Of a stretch of DNA of 64,000 nt, positions 9,061 to 20,120 are shown one piece after another. The notes beneath the pieces were generated by a model. That model saw only the letters and a list, made by a program, of their open reading frames with translations, did no database searches and had not been told where the DNA came from. Each line of letters starts with the position of its first letter. The first letter of the stretch is position 1. Both the position numbers and the translations under genes were made by a program. Source of the stretch: an uncultured Nisaea sp. (lineage in GTDB: Bacteria > Pseudomonadota > Alphaproteobacteria > Thalassobaculales > Thalassobaculaceae); contig CAYFGZ010000001.1 in NCBI GenBank assembly GCA_964342575.1, positions 6,310 through 70,309 of the forward strand, in the 5' to 3' direction.

Positions 9061-10350
9061 TCACTTACGCCCCATATGATCGGGAAACCATCTGACCAAG
9101 ATCAGCAATAAGAACAACCCTGGCAATGCCATTACCACTGAAAAAACAAAAAAATCAACCCAACCTAGTGCATCAACCACATATCCAGAGGGTGAGGAGA
9201 GTATATTACGACCAAGCGACATCAATGCCGATAGGAGGGCGTATTGGGTGGCCGTGAACGAAATATTTGTCAATCCGGATAAATAAGCGACAAAAGCCGC
9301 GGTTCCCATCCCACCAGTGATGTTTTCAACTGCTATCGTAAGAGTTAGGGCAGTAAGATCATACCCAACAATCGCCTGATATGCGAAGATTAAGTTTGAA
9401 GCCGCCTGTAAAATTCCTGTTATTACTAACGTTATCAGCATGCCGAATCGCTTGATTAGTATGCCACCAATAAAAAGACCAATTCCCAGTGCTAAGACTC
9501 CGAATAGTTTTGTGATCTCGGCGATTTCTGTCTTTGAAAAACCAAGATCGATGTAGAAAGGATTGGTCATTACACTTAAAAAGGCGTCGCCTAGCTTGAA
9601 TGTAACAACGAACAATATAATTAATATCCACCCCGGTCGGGTGGCGAATTCAGAGAACGGGTTAACGACATAATACATCAACCAATCTCGTAGGGACCGG
9701 TTTTTCAAATCAGGCGTCAATGCTGCTTCAGGTTCGGGGCTGAGAATTACAATTAGCATCCCAATGCAAATGAGAAGGCTCATAACCAAATACGCATGCG
9801 TCCAGGTCCAGTAATCAGCGAGAAACAGTGTACCGGCCCCGGCCACGAGCATGCCTCCACGATACCCATAAGTAACCATTGCGGCACCCATTCCCTGTTG
9901 CTCGTCCGGTAAAGTTTCTATTCGGTACGCATCGATTACGATGTCCTGACTGGCAGAAAAAAAAGCTACAAGCACCGCGAAAACAGCCATAGCAACCGGC
10001 GCTTGTTTAGGATCGGAATATGCCAGCCCAATGATAGCACTAGCCAGCATAACTTGAGATGCTATCAGCCAAGCCCGGCGTCGACCCAGTAGGTCGGTCA
10101 GAAAAGGCAAACGCAGGCCATCCATTAGAGGTGCCCATATAGGTTTTAATGCGTACGGTAATCCAACGAGTGCAAATAATCCGATCGTTGATCTTTCGAC
10201 GCCAGCCTCTCGAAGCCAGGCGCTTAAGGTTCCAAAGGAGAGGAGTAGTGGCAGGCCACTAACAAATCCTAGAATCAAGATAGTGACGAGCTTCCTCTGA
10301 AAGTAGGGAGCTAAATATTTTAAAAAAAAAGAAAGCAGCCTGGACGTCAC
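9061..10350 (-). CDS. ampG: AmpG-family MFS muropeptide permease
   Basis: It is a polytopic membrane protein with the AmpG-like loop WAPLMDGLRLPFL..GRRRAW. Confidence 0.8.
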   Translation of the reverse strand: MTSRLLSFFLKYLAPYFQRKLVTILILGFVSGLPLLLSFGTLSAWLREAGVERSTIGLFALVGLPYALKPIWAPLMDGLRLPFLTDLLGRRRAWLIASQVMLASAIIGLAYSDPKQAPVAMAVFAVLVAFFSASQDIVIDAYRIETLPDEQQGMGAAMVTYGYRGGMLVAGAGTLFLADYWTWTHAYLVMSLLICIGMLIVILSPEPEAALTPDLKNRSLRDWLMYYVVNPFSEFATRPGWILIILFVVTFKLGDAFLSVMTNPFYIDLGFSKTEIAEITKLFGVLALGIGLFIGGILIKRFGMLITLVITGILQAASNLIFAYQAIVGYDLTALTLTIAVENITGGMGTAAFVAYLSGLTNISFTATQYALLSALMSLGRNILSSPSGYVVDALGWVDFFVFSVVMALPGLFLLLILVRWFPDHMGRK

Positions 10351-10351
10351 A

Positions 10352-11362
10352 TCACGCCCCTGCGGAAACTTTTGCTATCAATTGTTTTAGGCTGGCCTCG
10401 GGGCGAGCACCAAAGTGGGTAATTATTTGGGCGGCAGCCAAGCCGCCAAGTGTTCCGCACATGCGAAGGTTCATATCACTGATGAATCCATAGAGGAAGC
10501 CTGCTGCGTATAGGTCGCCGGCTCCCGTAGTATCAACCACATTCGGAACGTATTCTGCGGCAATCGCGATAACGGTCTCTCCACGTATAACTACCGAGCC
10601 CCTAGCATCCCTGGTTAAAGCGAGTAAATCGCAGTCTTTTCTCGCTGCCGTGGTGGCGGTATCGAAGTCGGGTGCCTCGTATAAGGAAATAATTTCTTCC
10701 TCGTTGGCAAATAATATGTCCACGTGGTTTGCAACCAAATCGCGAAATTCCGGTCGGTGTCGTTTGACACAAAAAGCATCAGATAGCGACAGCGCTACTT
10801 TTGTCCTAGCGTTCTTTGCTAGCGTTATAGCCTTTAAGAAGGCAGCTTTTGCCCCGGGGGGATCCCAGAGGTATCCTTCTAGATACAAGACACGGCTATG
10901 TACAACTAGATCTGCTTCAATATCACTCTCGCTTAGGTTTATGCTGGCACCAAGGTGAGTGTTCATTGACCTCTGAGCATCCGGGGTCACAAAAACTAAA
11001 CATCTTGCTGTCTCAGCTGGATCGTTACTTGGGACAGTTTTATAGATGATCCCGTTATCAACCATTCCTTGTTGGAAAATCAATCCAGCTTCGTCGTTTT
11101 TGACTTTGCCTATAAACGCGGTCCCAGCTCCCAAATCGCTCAACCCCACTACTGTATTAGCGGCAGAGCCACCGCAAGCAGTTACGGGGGAGGTCATCTT
11201 ATTGTAGAGTTGGTTAGCTCTGGCACCTTCTATGAGATTCATCGATCCCTTTTTTATGCCTTCCCTATCCAGAAAAGCATCGTCAGTTACTGAAATCACG
11301 TCTACAATAGCGTTACCAATCGCTGTTACATCAATCTTTGGCCTCAATGGATTACAACACAC
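10352..11362 (-). CDS. PfkB-family carbohydrate/nucleoside kinase (adenosine kinase-like)
   Basis: The PfkB signature DTTGAGDLYAAGFLYG is present. Confidence 0.8.
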   Translation of the reverse strand: MCCNPLRPKIDVTAIGNAIVDVISVTDDAFLDREGIKKGSMNLIEGARANQLYNKMTSPVTACGGSAANTVVGLSDLGAGTAFIGKVKNDEAGLIFQQGMVDNGIIYKTVPSNDPAETARCLVFVTPDAQRSMNTHLGASINLSESDIEADLVVHSRVLYLEGYLWDPPGAKAAFLKAITLAKNARTKVALSLSDAFCVKRHRPEFRDLVANHVDILFANEEEIISLYEAPDFDTATTAARKDCDLLALTRDARGSVVIRGETVIAIAAEYVPNVVDTTGAGDLYAAGFLYGFISDMNLRMCGTLGGLAAAQIITHFGARPEASLKQLIAKVSAGA

Positions 11363-11479
11363 TTCTTGAAAAAAACTTGATTAAGATTTGGGACGCGAAT
11401 TTTCCTAATTGCGAGCCGATCCAGTATACCGAAAAAGATAATTTGATAGAAGGGGTTTAGATATTTTTGAGTTTACGAA

Positions 11480-12166
11480 ATGTTATTAGGCGCGATAAAG
11501 ACACTTGCCCAGTTGGGCGATCCGGGTTTTCGAAGAGTTTTGCTGTATAGTGTGAGTTTGTCGGTTATAAGCCTTATTGCGTGCGTTGGGCTGAGTTGGG
11601 GACTACTCAATAAAATTGGTGTTTTTGGAATAGGATTTATTGATACTCTAGTTCCGTGGATCGGCTCAGCCGTGATTTTTTCCGTCGGTTTGGTATTTTT
11701 TCCATCTACTATCATGCTAATTTCTAGCTTATTTGCTGGCCGAATTTTGGCTTGTGTTGAAAGGAAATATTTTCCTAACGAAACAAGATATATCGAAGTT
11801 GGACTTTTTGATGCAGTAAAAGGTAGCATTGCGTTAGTACTAATTTCCGGGATTCTTAACATTTGTTTATTACCGGTCTATGCTCTCGGTATGCTCATTC
11901 CAGGCTTAAGTTTTGTCGTGTTTTATTGCGCAAATGGCTATCTTATCGGGAGAGAACTGTTTGAAACTGTTGCCGGACTGCACCTGCCGGCTAATCAATC
12001 AAAGGAATTACGCAAAAAAAACTTTGTGAGGATTACATGGGGTGGCGTGATAGTGACTTTTTTTGCAACAATCCCAATAGCCAATTTGCTGACGCCAATA
12101 ATTGGGCTCGGGATGATGGTTCACCTATTTCATCGACTACGGGAAGCGGACAGGGAAACCGATTAA
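11480..12166 (+). CDS. EI24/CysZ-like integral membrane protein
   Basis: It has about four hydrophobic segments, with size and layout like the alphaproteobacterial EI24-domain (sulfate transporter family) proteins. I recognised no catalytic motif. Confidence 0.55.
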   Translation: MLLGAIKTLAQLGDPGFRRVLLYSVSLSVISLIACVGLSWGLLNKIGVFGIGFIDTLVPWIGSAVIFSVGLVFFPSTIMLISSLFAGRILACVERKYFPNETRYIEVGLFDAVKGSIALVLISGILNICLLPVYALGMLIPGLSFVVFYCANGYLIGRELFETVAGLHLPANQSKELRKKNFVRITWGGVIVTFFATIPIANLLTPIIGLGMMVHLFHRLREADRETD

Positions 12167-12167
12167 A

Positions 12168-12644
12168 ATGAGTACTAACCTTTTGGGTAATCTATTGTCC
12201 TGGTTAATATTAGCCGGTTATTTGTTTGTTCTGACGGGCTGCAGTGAAATAGCGTTTTTTCCAACTAAGACCTCTGACCGCCTTCCCGCCGTGAAAAATA
12301 AGCCTGTGCAAACGAGGCAGGTAGCTAACGCAGTTATTAAACCATTGAATACTAATCAGCGACCGCTTGCAAGCTCCTCGGCCGCGCCCGTGGTCTCCCC
12401 AGAGGAATTAATTAACGCAACGAGAGGGGAACTTATACAAAAATTAGGGGAAGCTGCTCTTGAACGTAGAGAGAAAAAGGTCCTTACAATGCTGTTTATC
12501 GATGAATATTGCGTTCTAGAGATTTTTCTTTATGGGTCGAGGGGAAATGAACACGCCACCTACTATGAGTTTCGAAGCCGTACAGGCCAAAGTTTTGCGA
12601 TTCCTGATTGTTATCGCCGAATTAGGGCCGGGAATGCAGGCTGA
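12168..12644 (+). CDS. hypothetical lipoprotein
   Basis: A signal peptide ends in the lipobox-like VLTGC. The start lies 2 nt after the preceding stop. Confidence 0.5.
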   Translation: MSTNLLGNLLSWLILAGYLFVLTGCSEIAFFPTKTSDRLPAVKNKPVQTRQVANAVIKPLNTNQRPLASSSAAPVVSPEELINATRGELIQKLGEAALERREKKVLTMLFIDEYCVLEIFLYGSRGNEHATYYEFRSRTGQSFAIPDCYRRIRAGNAG

Positions 12645-13176
12645 ACAAGTGAAGTTTAACCAGTTAACGTTCGACAAAAGTAAATGCGGTGAAATTCGGT
12701 TGGAATTACGCCCATACAGATCTATTACACCGTTGGGAGGGCGAGTAGTGCTGTTGTCTCTAGTTGCAGCCGGTTGGTTTATTGGCGGTAGTTTTTGGTT
12801 GGTGGGAGCATGGCCTGTTGGGGTCTTTATGGTGTTAGATATTGCCCTGATTTGCACCATTTTTGGAATGATGACTTCTTTTGGGGCGAATTGGGAAGAG
12901 ATACAAATCAGCCGTGAGGTATTAGACGTTAAAAGTTACCGCAGATCCCAGTGTGTAGACTATTTTTCTGTTCAAACCTATTGGGCTATTATCGAGCTAA
13001 AAGAGGTTCGACACCATCAGGGCAAACTGGTTATTCGTACACGCGGGGAACGACACGAAGTAGGCAGGTTTCTCAGCTGGGCAGCAAAAGAACAATTAGC
13101 GCACTGGCTTAGCGCACAGATAGCAAAATATTCTAGTGAGGATTATCGGGAAACACCTGCTACCCTTAGTTTCTAG
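12634..13176 (+). CDS. DUF2244-like integral membrane protein
   Basis: LRPYRSITPLGGRVVLL is followed by two TM helices (GAWPVGVFMVLDIALI), resembling DUF2244. I moved the start to the ATG at 12634 to limit overlap with the upstream gene. Confidence 0.55.
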   Translation: MQAEQVKFNQLTFDKSKCGEIRLELRPYRSITPLGGRVVLLSLVAAGWFIGGSFWLVGAWPVGVFMVLDIALICTIFGMMTSFGANWEEIQISREVLDVKSYRRSQCVDYFSVQTYWAIIELKEVRHHQGKLVIRTRGERHEVGRFLSWAAKEQLAHWLSAQIAKYSSEDYRETPATLSF

Positions 13177-13985
13177 GACTCTATTCCGAGAACATCCCTC
13201 ATTGTATACAAGCCAGGAGGTCGATCTTTCAACCAATGGGCAGCAACGACCGCACCGGCCGCATATATTCCCCTATCGGATGCCTTATGGTGCAATTCCA
13301 CACGCTCGCCAGAACTAACAAACATCACCGAATGTTCACCAACCACAGAACCACCCCGAAGGGCGGCAAACCCTATCTCTCCCCTTGGCCGCACTCCAAC
13401 CAAACCGTCTCGCGCCATTGTACTACTCTCTCTAAATTTTACTCCTCGTCCACGCGCCGCAGCCTCCCCCAAGCTAATGGCAGTACCAGAGGGCGAGTCG
13501 ACTTTTTGATTATGGTGAAAGTCTAAGATCTCTATGTCGAAATTGTCATCCAAGGCGGTAGCCACTTGTTCAACAAGTGCAAACAGCAGGTTAATTCCTA
13601 AGCTCATATTGGACGCAAACACTACCGGCACTTCTTGACTGGCTGCTCTCAAACTTCGATCTTGTTCAGGGGACAGGCCTGTGGTCCCAACAACCCAGGG
13701 CGTTTTTGTAACGATAGCCGCATCAGCATTGCCTGGTACTGATTCTGGGAGGGTAAAATCGATCACAACGTCTGCCTCATCAAAACATTGGGAAGTATCG
13801 GCCGTTACACTCTTGCCAATTGGATAGCCCACAGCTAGCTGCCCGACATCGTCCCCTTCATACTTACTTCCAGGCCGTACGAGGCCCCCTGAAACTGAAG
13901 AGGACGGGTGTGCGAGAATTTCTTTTACAATCATAGTTCCCATCCTACCTGCCACGCCAGCAACTCCTATTGATAGTTCGGACAT
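13173..13985 (-). CDS. dapB: 4-hydroxy-tetrahydrodipicolinate reductase
   Basis: It has GVAGRMG (NAD binding) and EILDFHHNQKVDSPSGTA (the DapB signature). Confidence 0.95.
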   Translation of the reverse strand: MSELSIGVAGVAGRMGTMIVKEILAHPSSSVSGGLVRPGSKYEGDDVGQLAVGYPIGKSVTADTSQCFDEADVVIDFTLPESVPGNADAAIVTKTPWVVGTTGLSPEQDRSLRAASQEVPVVFASNMSLGINLLFALVEQVATALDDNFDIEILDFHHNQKVDSPSGTAISLGEAAARGRGVKFRESSTMARDGLVGVRPRGEIGFAALRGGSVVGEHSVMFVSSGERVELHHKASDRGIYAAGAVVAAHWLKDRPPGLYTMRDVLGIES

Positions 13986-14137
13986 TGTTCCTATAACTCC
14001 CTTTCATCGTGAAAATTGTTGGCTTTTTGTCTTTTTTCGTGTAATTGTTTTCTCCCGTTCTTCACTATTTGCTGCATCTAGTAATTTGTTAAAATTAGGT
14101 AATTCGGTTCGATATAACGGTTATAAGGCCCACTTTG

Positions 14138-14668
14138 ATGAAACTGGAAATATTTTGCTTGGGAATCCTTTTTAATGGTAAACGAACGGGATATGAAATT
14201 CATAAACTATTTAATACATCCCTTGCCCACATCCGGCAAGCGAGTTTTGGTGCACTGTACCCAGCGCTTAGCCGGTTAGAAATCAAAAATCTTATCGCGG
14301 CTGATTTGAGCTCCAGAGATGCCGACCGAACCAGTCTTGGGAAACGAGTGTACCATATCACCGAAGCCGGTCGAGAGAACTTTGTTGCGCAGCTCCAAAC
14401 AGTATCCGCTTCAGAGTCGGTTAATTCTAGTTTTTTATCAGCGATGTATTTTGCCGATCACCTCTCAAATACGGATATATCTCTTTTAATAGCCGAACGG
14501 CTCGCAAATCTTGAAAAAATACAGCGGCGACTTTTAGCACTACCTCTATCTTCCATGACGGATGGCCAAAGGTTTACAATTCGTTATTCGCTAACCGCGG
14601 TCCGCGCGAACATCGATTTTCTAAAAGGAGAGGGGAAAGCAATACAAAAATCGATCGCCCGCTCTTAA
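14138..14668 (+). CDS. PadR-family transcriptional regulator
   Basis: The winged-helix region GYEIHKLF....FGALYPALSRLE is present. I preferred the ATG at 14138 over the TTG at 14135. Confidence 0.8.
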   Translation: MKLEIFCLGILFNGKRTGYEIHKLFNTSLAHIRQASFGALYPALSRLEIKNLIAADLSSRDADRTSLGKRVYHITEAGRENFVAQLQTVSASESVNSSFLSAMYFADHLSNTDISLLIAERLANLEKIQRRLLALPLSSMTDGQRFTIRYSLTAVRANIDFLKGEGKAIQKSIARS

Positions 14669-14800
14669 CCGGTACTACCGGGTAAACTGCTGTTTTACGC
14701 CATTTATTTTATAGAATGGTCTGTAGTAGGCCCTAAAAATAGCCTTAGGAACCCCACTTACTTACAGCCTTCAACCGCAGCACTACTTATACCTACTGAT

Positions 14801-15919
14801 TTAGAGATCGCTCCACAGTTCTTTTACCTTTGCAAAAAAGCCGCTAGCCTCCGGGCTGGTTTTTGGACTGGTGCTGGCCGCAAATTCCTCCAACAATCGT
14901 TTCTGGTTCTTGTTGAGGCTTACGGGGGTCTCCACCGCCGCCTCCACATACAAGTCCCCGCGGGCTGCACTCCGCAAAATAGACATCCCCTTCCCTTTCA
15001 GGCGGAATTGTGTGCCGGTTTGGGTGCCAGCCTTTATTGATATTCGAGCCCGCCCACCTCCCAATGTCGGCACGTCGATTTGGCCCCCTAGGGCAGCAAC
15101 ACTCATCTCTAACGGGACCCTGCAATAAATGTTCGCCCCATCTCGCCGGAATATTGGGTGGTCTTCGACTGTTAAGAAAATATATAGGTCCCCTGTCGCC
15201 CCATTTCTTGGGCCGGCCTCCCCCTCTCCACTAAGCCGAATACGGGTACCCTCCTCCACACCGGCGGGAATATTTACTGATAGATTCTTTTCTTTCTGCG
15301 TCCGACCACTACCACCACACGGTCGGCAAGGTTTGGTTATCACCTCCCCCGCGCCGCGGCACGCTGCACACGTCCGTTCCACGGTAAAGAATCCCTGTTG
15401 GGCGCGTACCCGCCCTTGTCCGCCACAGGTGCCGCACACCTGCGGCTTTGACCCCTCTTCAGCTCCAGTTCCCGAGCACAACTCGCAACCCACCGCTGTG
15501 GGAACCTTTATTTCGGTCTGTTTCCCGCTGAACGCCTCATCGAGCGAGATTGACATGTTGTATCGAAGATCCGATCCCCTGTTATTTGCTCGAGCCCCCC
15601 TCCGCGACCCCGTAATATCCCCAAACATCTGATCGAAAATATCCGAAAACCCAGACGCAAACCCTGACGCCCCTTGTGCCCCCCCTAGGCCGCTCTCGAA
15701 AGCTTCGTGTCCAAACTGATCATAGGCGGCCCGTTTTTGGTCATCTTTAAGAACTTCATAGGCTTCATTAACATCTTTAAATGCCTTTTCCGCCGCCGGG
15801 TCATCCGGATTGCGGTCAGGATGATATTTCATAGCCATTTTCCGGAATGCTGACTTCAATTCCGCCTCTGTAGCATCCCTCCCAACGCCTAAAAGTTCGT
15901 AGTAATCCTGCTTAGCCAT
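14801..15919 (-). CDS. dnaJ: molecular chaperone DnaJ
   Basis: It has a J-domain ([16 protein letters not shown]), a G/F region and four CxxCxGxG repeats ([32 protein letters not shown]). Confidence 0.97.
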   Translation of the reverse strand: MAKQDYYELLGVGRDATEAELKSAFRKMAMKYHPDRNPDDPAAEKAFKDVNEAYEVLKDDQKRAAYDQFGHEAFESGLGGAQGASGFASGFSDIFDQMFGDITGSRRGARANNRGSDLRYNMSISLDEAFSGKQTEIKVPTAVGCELCSGTGAEEGSKPQVCGTCGGQGRVRAQQGFFTVERTCAACRGAGEVITKPCRPCGGSGRTQKEKNLSVNIPAGVEEGTRIRLSGEGEAGPRNGATGDLYIFLTVEDHPIFRRDGANIYCRVPLEMSVAALGGQIDVPTLGGGRARISIKAGTQTGTQFRLKGKGMSILRSAARGDLYVEAAVETPVSLNKNQKRLLEEFAASTSPKTSPEASGFFAKVKELWSDL

Positions 15920-16027
15920 ATACACCGCCCTTTAAGCAAAAGATGCCTCTAGAGCCAAACCATGCAATTCCTGCAGCACACAGCAGCCAACTTGTTTTAT
16001 TATCCTGGGCTATGGCGCGCGCCTCCC

Positions 16028-17968
16028 TCAGGCCGATTTTTTATCGTCTTTATCATCGACTTCCTCGAAATCGGCATCAACAACCTCGGCTTCAGCGTTT
16101 GCACTCGCCCCTTCGGGCGCATCGGCCCCAGCCTCGGCTTCCGCCATAGTCTCCTCACTCTCTTGTTGTGCCTTATACATCGCTTCACCCAGCTTCATCG
16201 ATCCCTGTTGCAGAGCCTCCACTGCCGCCTTAATAGCCGCCCCATCATCGCCCTCCAATGCCGCCTTTAGATCATCAATGAGTTTTTCAATCTCAGAGCG
16301 CTCAGATTCTTCAATTTTTTCGCCAAAATCTTTCAGCATGCGCTCTGTGGAATGAACCGCCTGCTCTGCTTGGTTTCTAACTTCCACAAGCTCTCTACGT
16401 TCTTTATCCGTTTCCGCGTTTTCCTCAGCATCGTTTATCATTTTTTCGATGTCTTCGTCCGATAAACCACCAGAGGCCTGTATCCTGATTTGTTGCTCTT
16501 TTCCAGTGGCTTTATCCTTAGCCGAAACATTAACTATCCCATTTGCATCGATATCAAATGTGACTTCTACTTGAGGAATTCCTCTAGGAGCTGGGGGTAT
16601 TCCCACCAGATCAAACTGGCCTAAAACCTTATTATCTGCAGCCATTTCCCGTTCTCCCTGGTATACTTTGATAGTAACTGCTGTTTGATTATCATCAGCT
16701 GTGGAAAACACCTGGCTCTTCTTCGTGGGAATAGTCGTGTTTCTGTCTATCAATCTCGTAAACACGCCTCCGAGCGTCTCAATCCCGAGAGATAGCGGGG
16801 TCACATCAAGAAGAAGCACATCTTTAACGTCCCCCTGCAGCACTCCAGCTTGAATTCCTGCTCCCATAGCGACCACCTCGTCCGGGTTAACACCCCGATG
16901 AGGTTCGCGACCAAAAAAGTTTTGCACCGTTTCAATAATTTTAGGCATGCGGGTCATGCCGCCAACCATTATCACCTCATCTATTTCTCCGGCACTTAGC
17001 CCTGCGTCCTTCAAAGCCGCTTTACATGGCTCAACCGTTCTCGAAACAAGGTCTTCAACCAAGGCCTCTAGCTTCGCACGCGTCAGCTTAATATTGAGAT
17101 GTTTAGGTCCGCTTTGGTCCGCCGTGACAAATGGAAGGTTTACTTCTGTTTGCATGGAACTGGAAAGCTCCATTTTTGCCTTTTCGGCCGCCTCTTTAAG
17201 GCGCTGCAAGGCTAATTTATCGTCTCGCAGATCAATTGTGTTATCTTTTTTGAACTCGTCTGCCAAATAGTCAATAATTCGGTGATCAAAGTCCTCTCCG
17301 CCTAAAAAAGTATCGCCATTTGTAGACTTTACCTCGAACACCCCGTCGCCTATTTCCAAAATTGAGACATCAAAGGTTCCTCCCCCTAAATCGTAAACCG
17401 CTATGGTTCCGCTATTCTTCTTATCAAAACCGTAGGCCAGAGCCGCAGCCGTCGGTTCATTGATAATACGAAGGACGTCCAAACCCGCTATTTTGCCAGC
17501 ATCTTTCGTTGCCTGTCTCTGCGCATCATTAAAATACGCCGGAACCGTGAGGACCGCCTGTTCTACGGCGCTGCCTAAAAACGCTTCCGCATCCTCTTTT
17601 AATTTTCGCAACGTAAAAGAGGATATTTGGCTGGGGCTATATTTTTCTCCATTGGACTCAACCCACGCATCGCCGTTTTCACCTGCAACCACTTTGTAAG
17701 GCATTAACTCAGAAAATTGTTTTGCATTTTCGTCATCATGTCGCCGCCCTATAAGCCTCTTGATGGCAAAGAGGGTGTTTTCAGGATTAGTGACGGCCTG
17801 CCGTTTTGCTGCCTGACCTACTAATCGCTCTCCCTCGTCTGCAAAAGCGACCATCGAAGGGGTGGTTCTGGCGCCCTCCGCATTTTCAATCACCTTTGCA
17901 TCCTTGCCGTCCATGAAGGAGACACATGAGTTTGTAGTACCAAGATCAATACCTATCACTTTTGACAT
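16028..17968 (-). CDS. dnaK: molecular chaperone DnaK (Hsp70)
   Basis: Motifs [18 protein letters not shown] and VGGMTRMP are present. I set the start at [10 protein letters not shown]. Confidence 0.98.
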   Translation of the reverse strand: MSKVIGIDLGTTNSCVSFMDGKDAKVIENAEGARTTPSMVAFADEGERLVGQAAKRQAVTNPENTLFAIKRLIGRRHDDENAKQFSELMPYKVVAGENGDAWVESNGEKYSPSQISSFTLRKLKEDAEAFLGSAVEQAVLTVPAYFNDAQRQATKDAGKIAGLDVLRIINEPTAAALAYGFDKKNSGTIAVYDLGGGTFDVSILEIGDGVFEVKSTNGDTFLGGEDFDHRIIDYLADEFKKDNTIDLRDDKLALQRLKEAAEKAKMELSSSMQTEVNLPFVTADQSGPKHLNIKLTRAKLEALVEDLVSRTVEPCKAALKDAGLSAGEIDEVIMVGGMTRMPKIIETVQNFFGREPHRGVNPDEVVAMGAGIQAGVLQGDVKDVLLLDVTPLSLGIETLGGVFTRLIDRNTTIPTKKSQVFSTADDNQTAVTIKVYQGEREMAADNKVLGQFDLVGIPPAPRGIPQVEVTFDIDANGIVNVSAKDKATGKEQQIRIQASGGLSDEDIEKMINDAEENAETDKERRELVEVRNQAEQAVHSTERMLKDFGEKIEESERSEIEKLIDDLKAALEGDDGAAIKAAVEALQQGSMKLGEAMYKAQQESEETMAEAEAGADAPEGASANAEAEVVDADFEEVDDKDDKKSA

Positions 17969-18051
17969 AAAAACCCCTCTTCGTGGCCAAGACATCGCAT
18001 TATCCCGGCGTTAGTTAGAAATCAGCAGTAAAGCGGCTTAACTACCTGGCT

Positions 18052-18080
18052 ATATAGTTAGCTTGTCCTGCGCCTGCAAG
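18052..18080 (-). promoter_or_regulatory. candidate heat-shock (sigma-32-type) or sigma-70 promoter of dnaK-dnaJ
   Basis: The minus strand reads CTTGCA-N17-CTATAT, about 85 nt upstream of the dnaK start. It resembles the alphaproteobacterial RpoH pattern CTTG-N17/18-CYTATNT. Confidence 0.4.
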
Positions 18081-18217
18081 CACCCAAACCCAGAATAATG
18101 CACCCGTACCTATTTTATTTGCTGTTGACGGCGCGAATTTAATGTTTCCTGCTCAATATTAGTACTTATCTCCAGTATTTGAACAAATTATGTAAGGATG
18201 CCCAATCACCCCCAATG

Positions 18218-18841
18218 TTATGCCGTTGTGTCAACGCTATGCGCTTTATCTGAATTTCCGGCCTTCGAAACCCCCACCATAGCCGGCCGAAGAACCCTTT
18301 CTTCAATTGCATAACCGGCCTGCAAAACCTGAACAACTATTCCGGGTTCCTCCTCTGTGTCCTCTACCTCAAACATTGCCTGATGGAAATTATAGTCAAA
18401 TTTTTCCCCTAATGGATCGATGCGTCGGATACTATTATTGTCGAACACCTTTTGAAGTTCCTGTTCCGTCATTTCGACCCCAACCACAAGGTTTTTTATT
18501 GCTTCATCCTCTATGGTGCGATCTTTGGGAACCGCCTCTAGAGCTCTGCCAAGGTTATCTGCTACCGACAACAATTCTTTAGCAAACGTCGCAATCCCAA
18601 ATTTTCGGGTCTGCTCTTTTTCCCGCTCTGCGCGCTTTCTGTAATTCTCGCTATCGGCCACCGCCCTGAGCAGTTGGTCTTTCATCTCCGACAACTGCTT
18701 TTCCAATTCCTCCTCGCGACCAAGGCCTTCTCCCGCAGGAGTTTCGACGGCACTCTCGCCTTCAACAACTTCGGTCACTTTATCAACGCTGGCATCCATC
18801 TCAGCGTCCGGGGCAACTTCTTCTTTTTGCTCATCACTCAT
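18218..18841 (-). CDS. grpE: nucleotide exchange factor GrpE
   Basis: It has an acidic N-terminus, a coiled coil and the C-terminal DPLGEKFDYNFHQAM motif. It lies immediately downstream of hrcA. The start is either 18841 or 18862. Confidence 0.93.
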   Translation of the reverse strand: MSDEQKEEVAPDAEMDASVDKVTEVVEGESAVETPAGEGLGREEELEKQLSEMKDQLLRAVADSENYRKRAEREKEQTRKFGIATFAKELLSVADNLGRALEAVPKDRTIEDEAIKNLVVGVEMTEQELQKVFDNNSIRRIDPLGEKFDYNFHQAMFEVEDTEEEPGIVVQVLQAGYAIEERVLRPAMVGVSKAGNSDKAHSVDTTA

Positions 18842-18924
18842 ATCAAACTTCAACCCACCCAATCGCTGTTTTCAACAAATTTCGTAACTTGACTTTTATA
18901 CAAAAATATCCGTTTTCCCAACTA

Positions 18925-19974
18925 TTAATCTAGCAGTTTTCCAACTAATTTTGATGTATAATCCACCACCGGAATAATTCTCGCATAATTCATTCTAACT
19001 GGGCCTATAACGCCCAATGCACCAACAACCTGCTTTTGTTTATCATGATATGGCGCTATTATCATCGAGCAGCCTGCATGCTCAAAAAGATGGTTTTCTG
19101 AACCTATAAATATTTGAACGCCTTCCGCTTCACGCGTAGCATCCAGCAGGCTTACCACGCTTTCCCTGCGCTCTAAAGCGTCAAATAAAATGCTTATACG
19201 CTCAAGCCCTTCAACCGCATTTACCTCTTGCAACAAATTGGATTGCCCTCTGAGAATTAACGAGCCACCCTCCACGCCACCAGCCCAAAGGGCCACACCA
19301 TCCGCTACAATTTTGTTAGTGAGTGTATCGAGTTCGGTTTTCTGCTGCTTGATTTCATTTAAAATCTTACCTCGCGCCTCATCCATGGTCGAATTCACGA
19401 GCCTGGTGTTTATATAATTCGTGGCCTGAACCAGTGCTGACGTTGGCAGCCCAGAAGGTAAGTCAATCACCCTATTTTCAACGACACCTGTGTCGGATAC
19501 CATCACTACGAGTGCCCGCCTATCTCCAAGGGGAACAAATTCTAATTGCCGTAGTGGCGAATCTGTTTTTGGCGATATCACAAGTCCAGCACACTCACTT
19601 AAGCCCGACAGTGCTGCACTGGCATCCTCCAAAATTTCGGCAAAAGAGCGGCCTGCCGACGAGCACTTTCCCTCTAAACTAGCTCGCTCGTCTTTGGTTA
19701 AGTCTCCTCCGACTTCCAATAATCCGTCCACAAACATGCGCAACCCGAGGTCCGTCGGAAGTCTGCCGGCAGACGTGTGGGGAGAAAACAACAACCCAGC
19801 ATCCTCTAGATCAGCCATCACGCTTCTAATTGACGCTGATGAAAGATTAGTGGCCATAAGTTTTGATATTGTTTGCGATCCTATAGGTTCGCCGGAAGCG
19901 AGAAATGAGTCGACGATGTGCTGAAACACCGTCCTTGACCTTTCGTCAAGCGTTTTTATTCCATAGCTCTTCAT
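18925..19974 (-). CDS. hrcA: heat-inducible transcription repressor HrcA
   Basis: The N-terminal LDERSRTVFQHIVDSFLASGEPIGSQTISK matches HrcA. I moved the start to MKSYGIK; the ORF track extends to 20085. Confidence 0.9.
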   Translation of the reverse strand: MKSYGIKTLDERSRTVFQHIVDSFLASGEPIGSQTISKLMATNLSSASIRSVMADLEDAGLLFSPHTSAGRLPTDLGLRMFVDGLLEVGGDLTKDERASLEGKCSSAGRSFAEILEDASAALSGLSECAGLVISPKTDSPLRQLEFVPLGDRRALVVMVSDTGVVENRVIDLPSGLPTSALVQATNYINTRLVNSTMDEARGKILNEIKQQKTELDTLTNKIVADGVALWAGGVEGGSLILRGQSNLLQEVNAVEGLERISILFDALERRESVVSLLDATREAEGVQIFIGSENHLFEHAGCSMIIAPYHDKQKQVVGALGVIGPVRMNYARIIPVVDYTSKLVGKLLD

Positions 19975-20120
19975 AAAAATAAAATAAAATCCCAACTTGC
20001 GAAGGTCAACGTGCTTAACAATAGAAAAGAAATTAAAATTTAATGATACACAACGGAACAAAGTCAGCGTACTAGTATTCTTCAAATAAAAAACGAGTTT
20101 TCAAAGAGAGGCTGTTTTTA

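Noticed and set aside
10717-10732. TGTCCACGTGGTTTGC, a CACGTG-centred sequence, was checked as a third parS.
   Set aside because: Only the central CACGTG and part of one arm match. The right arm is GTTTGC instead of AAACA, so it is not palindromic. It lies inside the PfkB kinase gene.
14844-16270. There are several 60-170 aa ORFs antisense to or overlapping dnaJ and dnaK (for example 15129-15632 +, 15962-16270 +). Similar antisense ORFs occur inside leuS, hslU, rho, mnmE and other genes.
   Set aside because: They lie fully inside strongly supported conserved genes and have low-complexity Pro/Arg/Ser-rich translations. They lack ribosome-binding sites and are the usual by-product of stop-codon-poor antisense frames.
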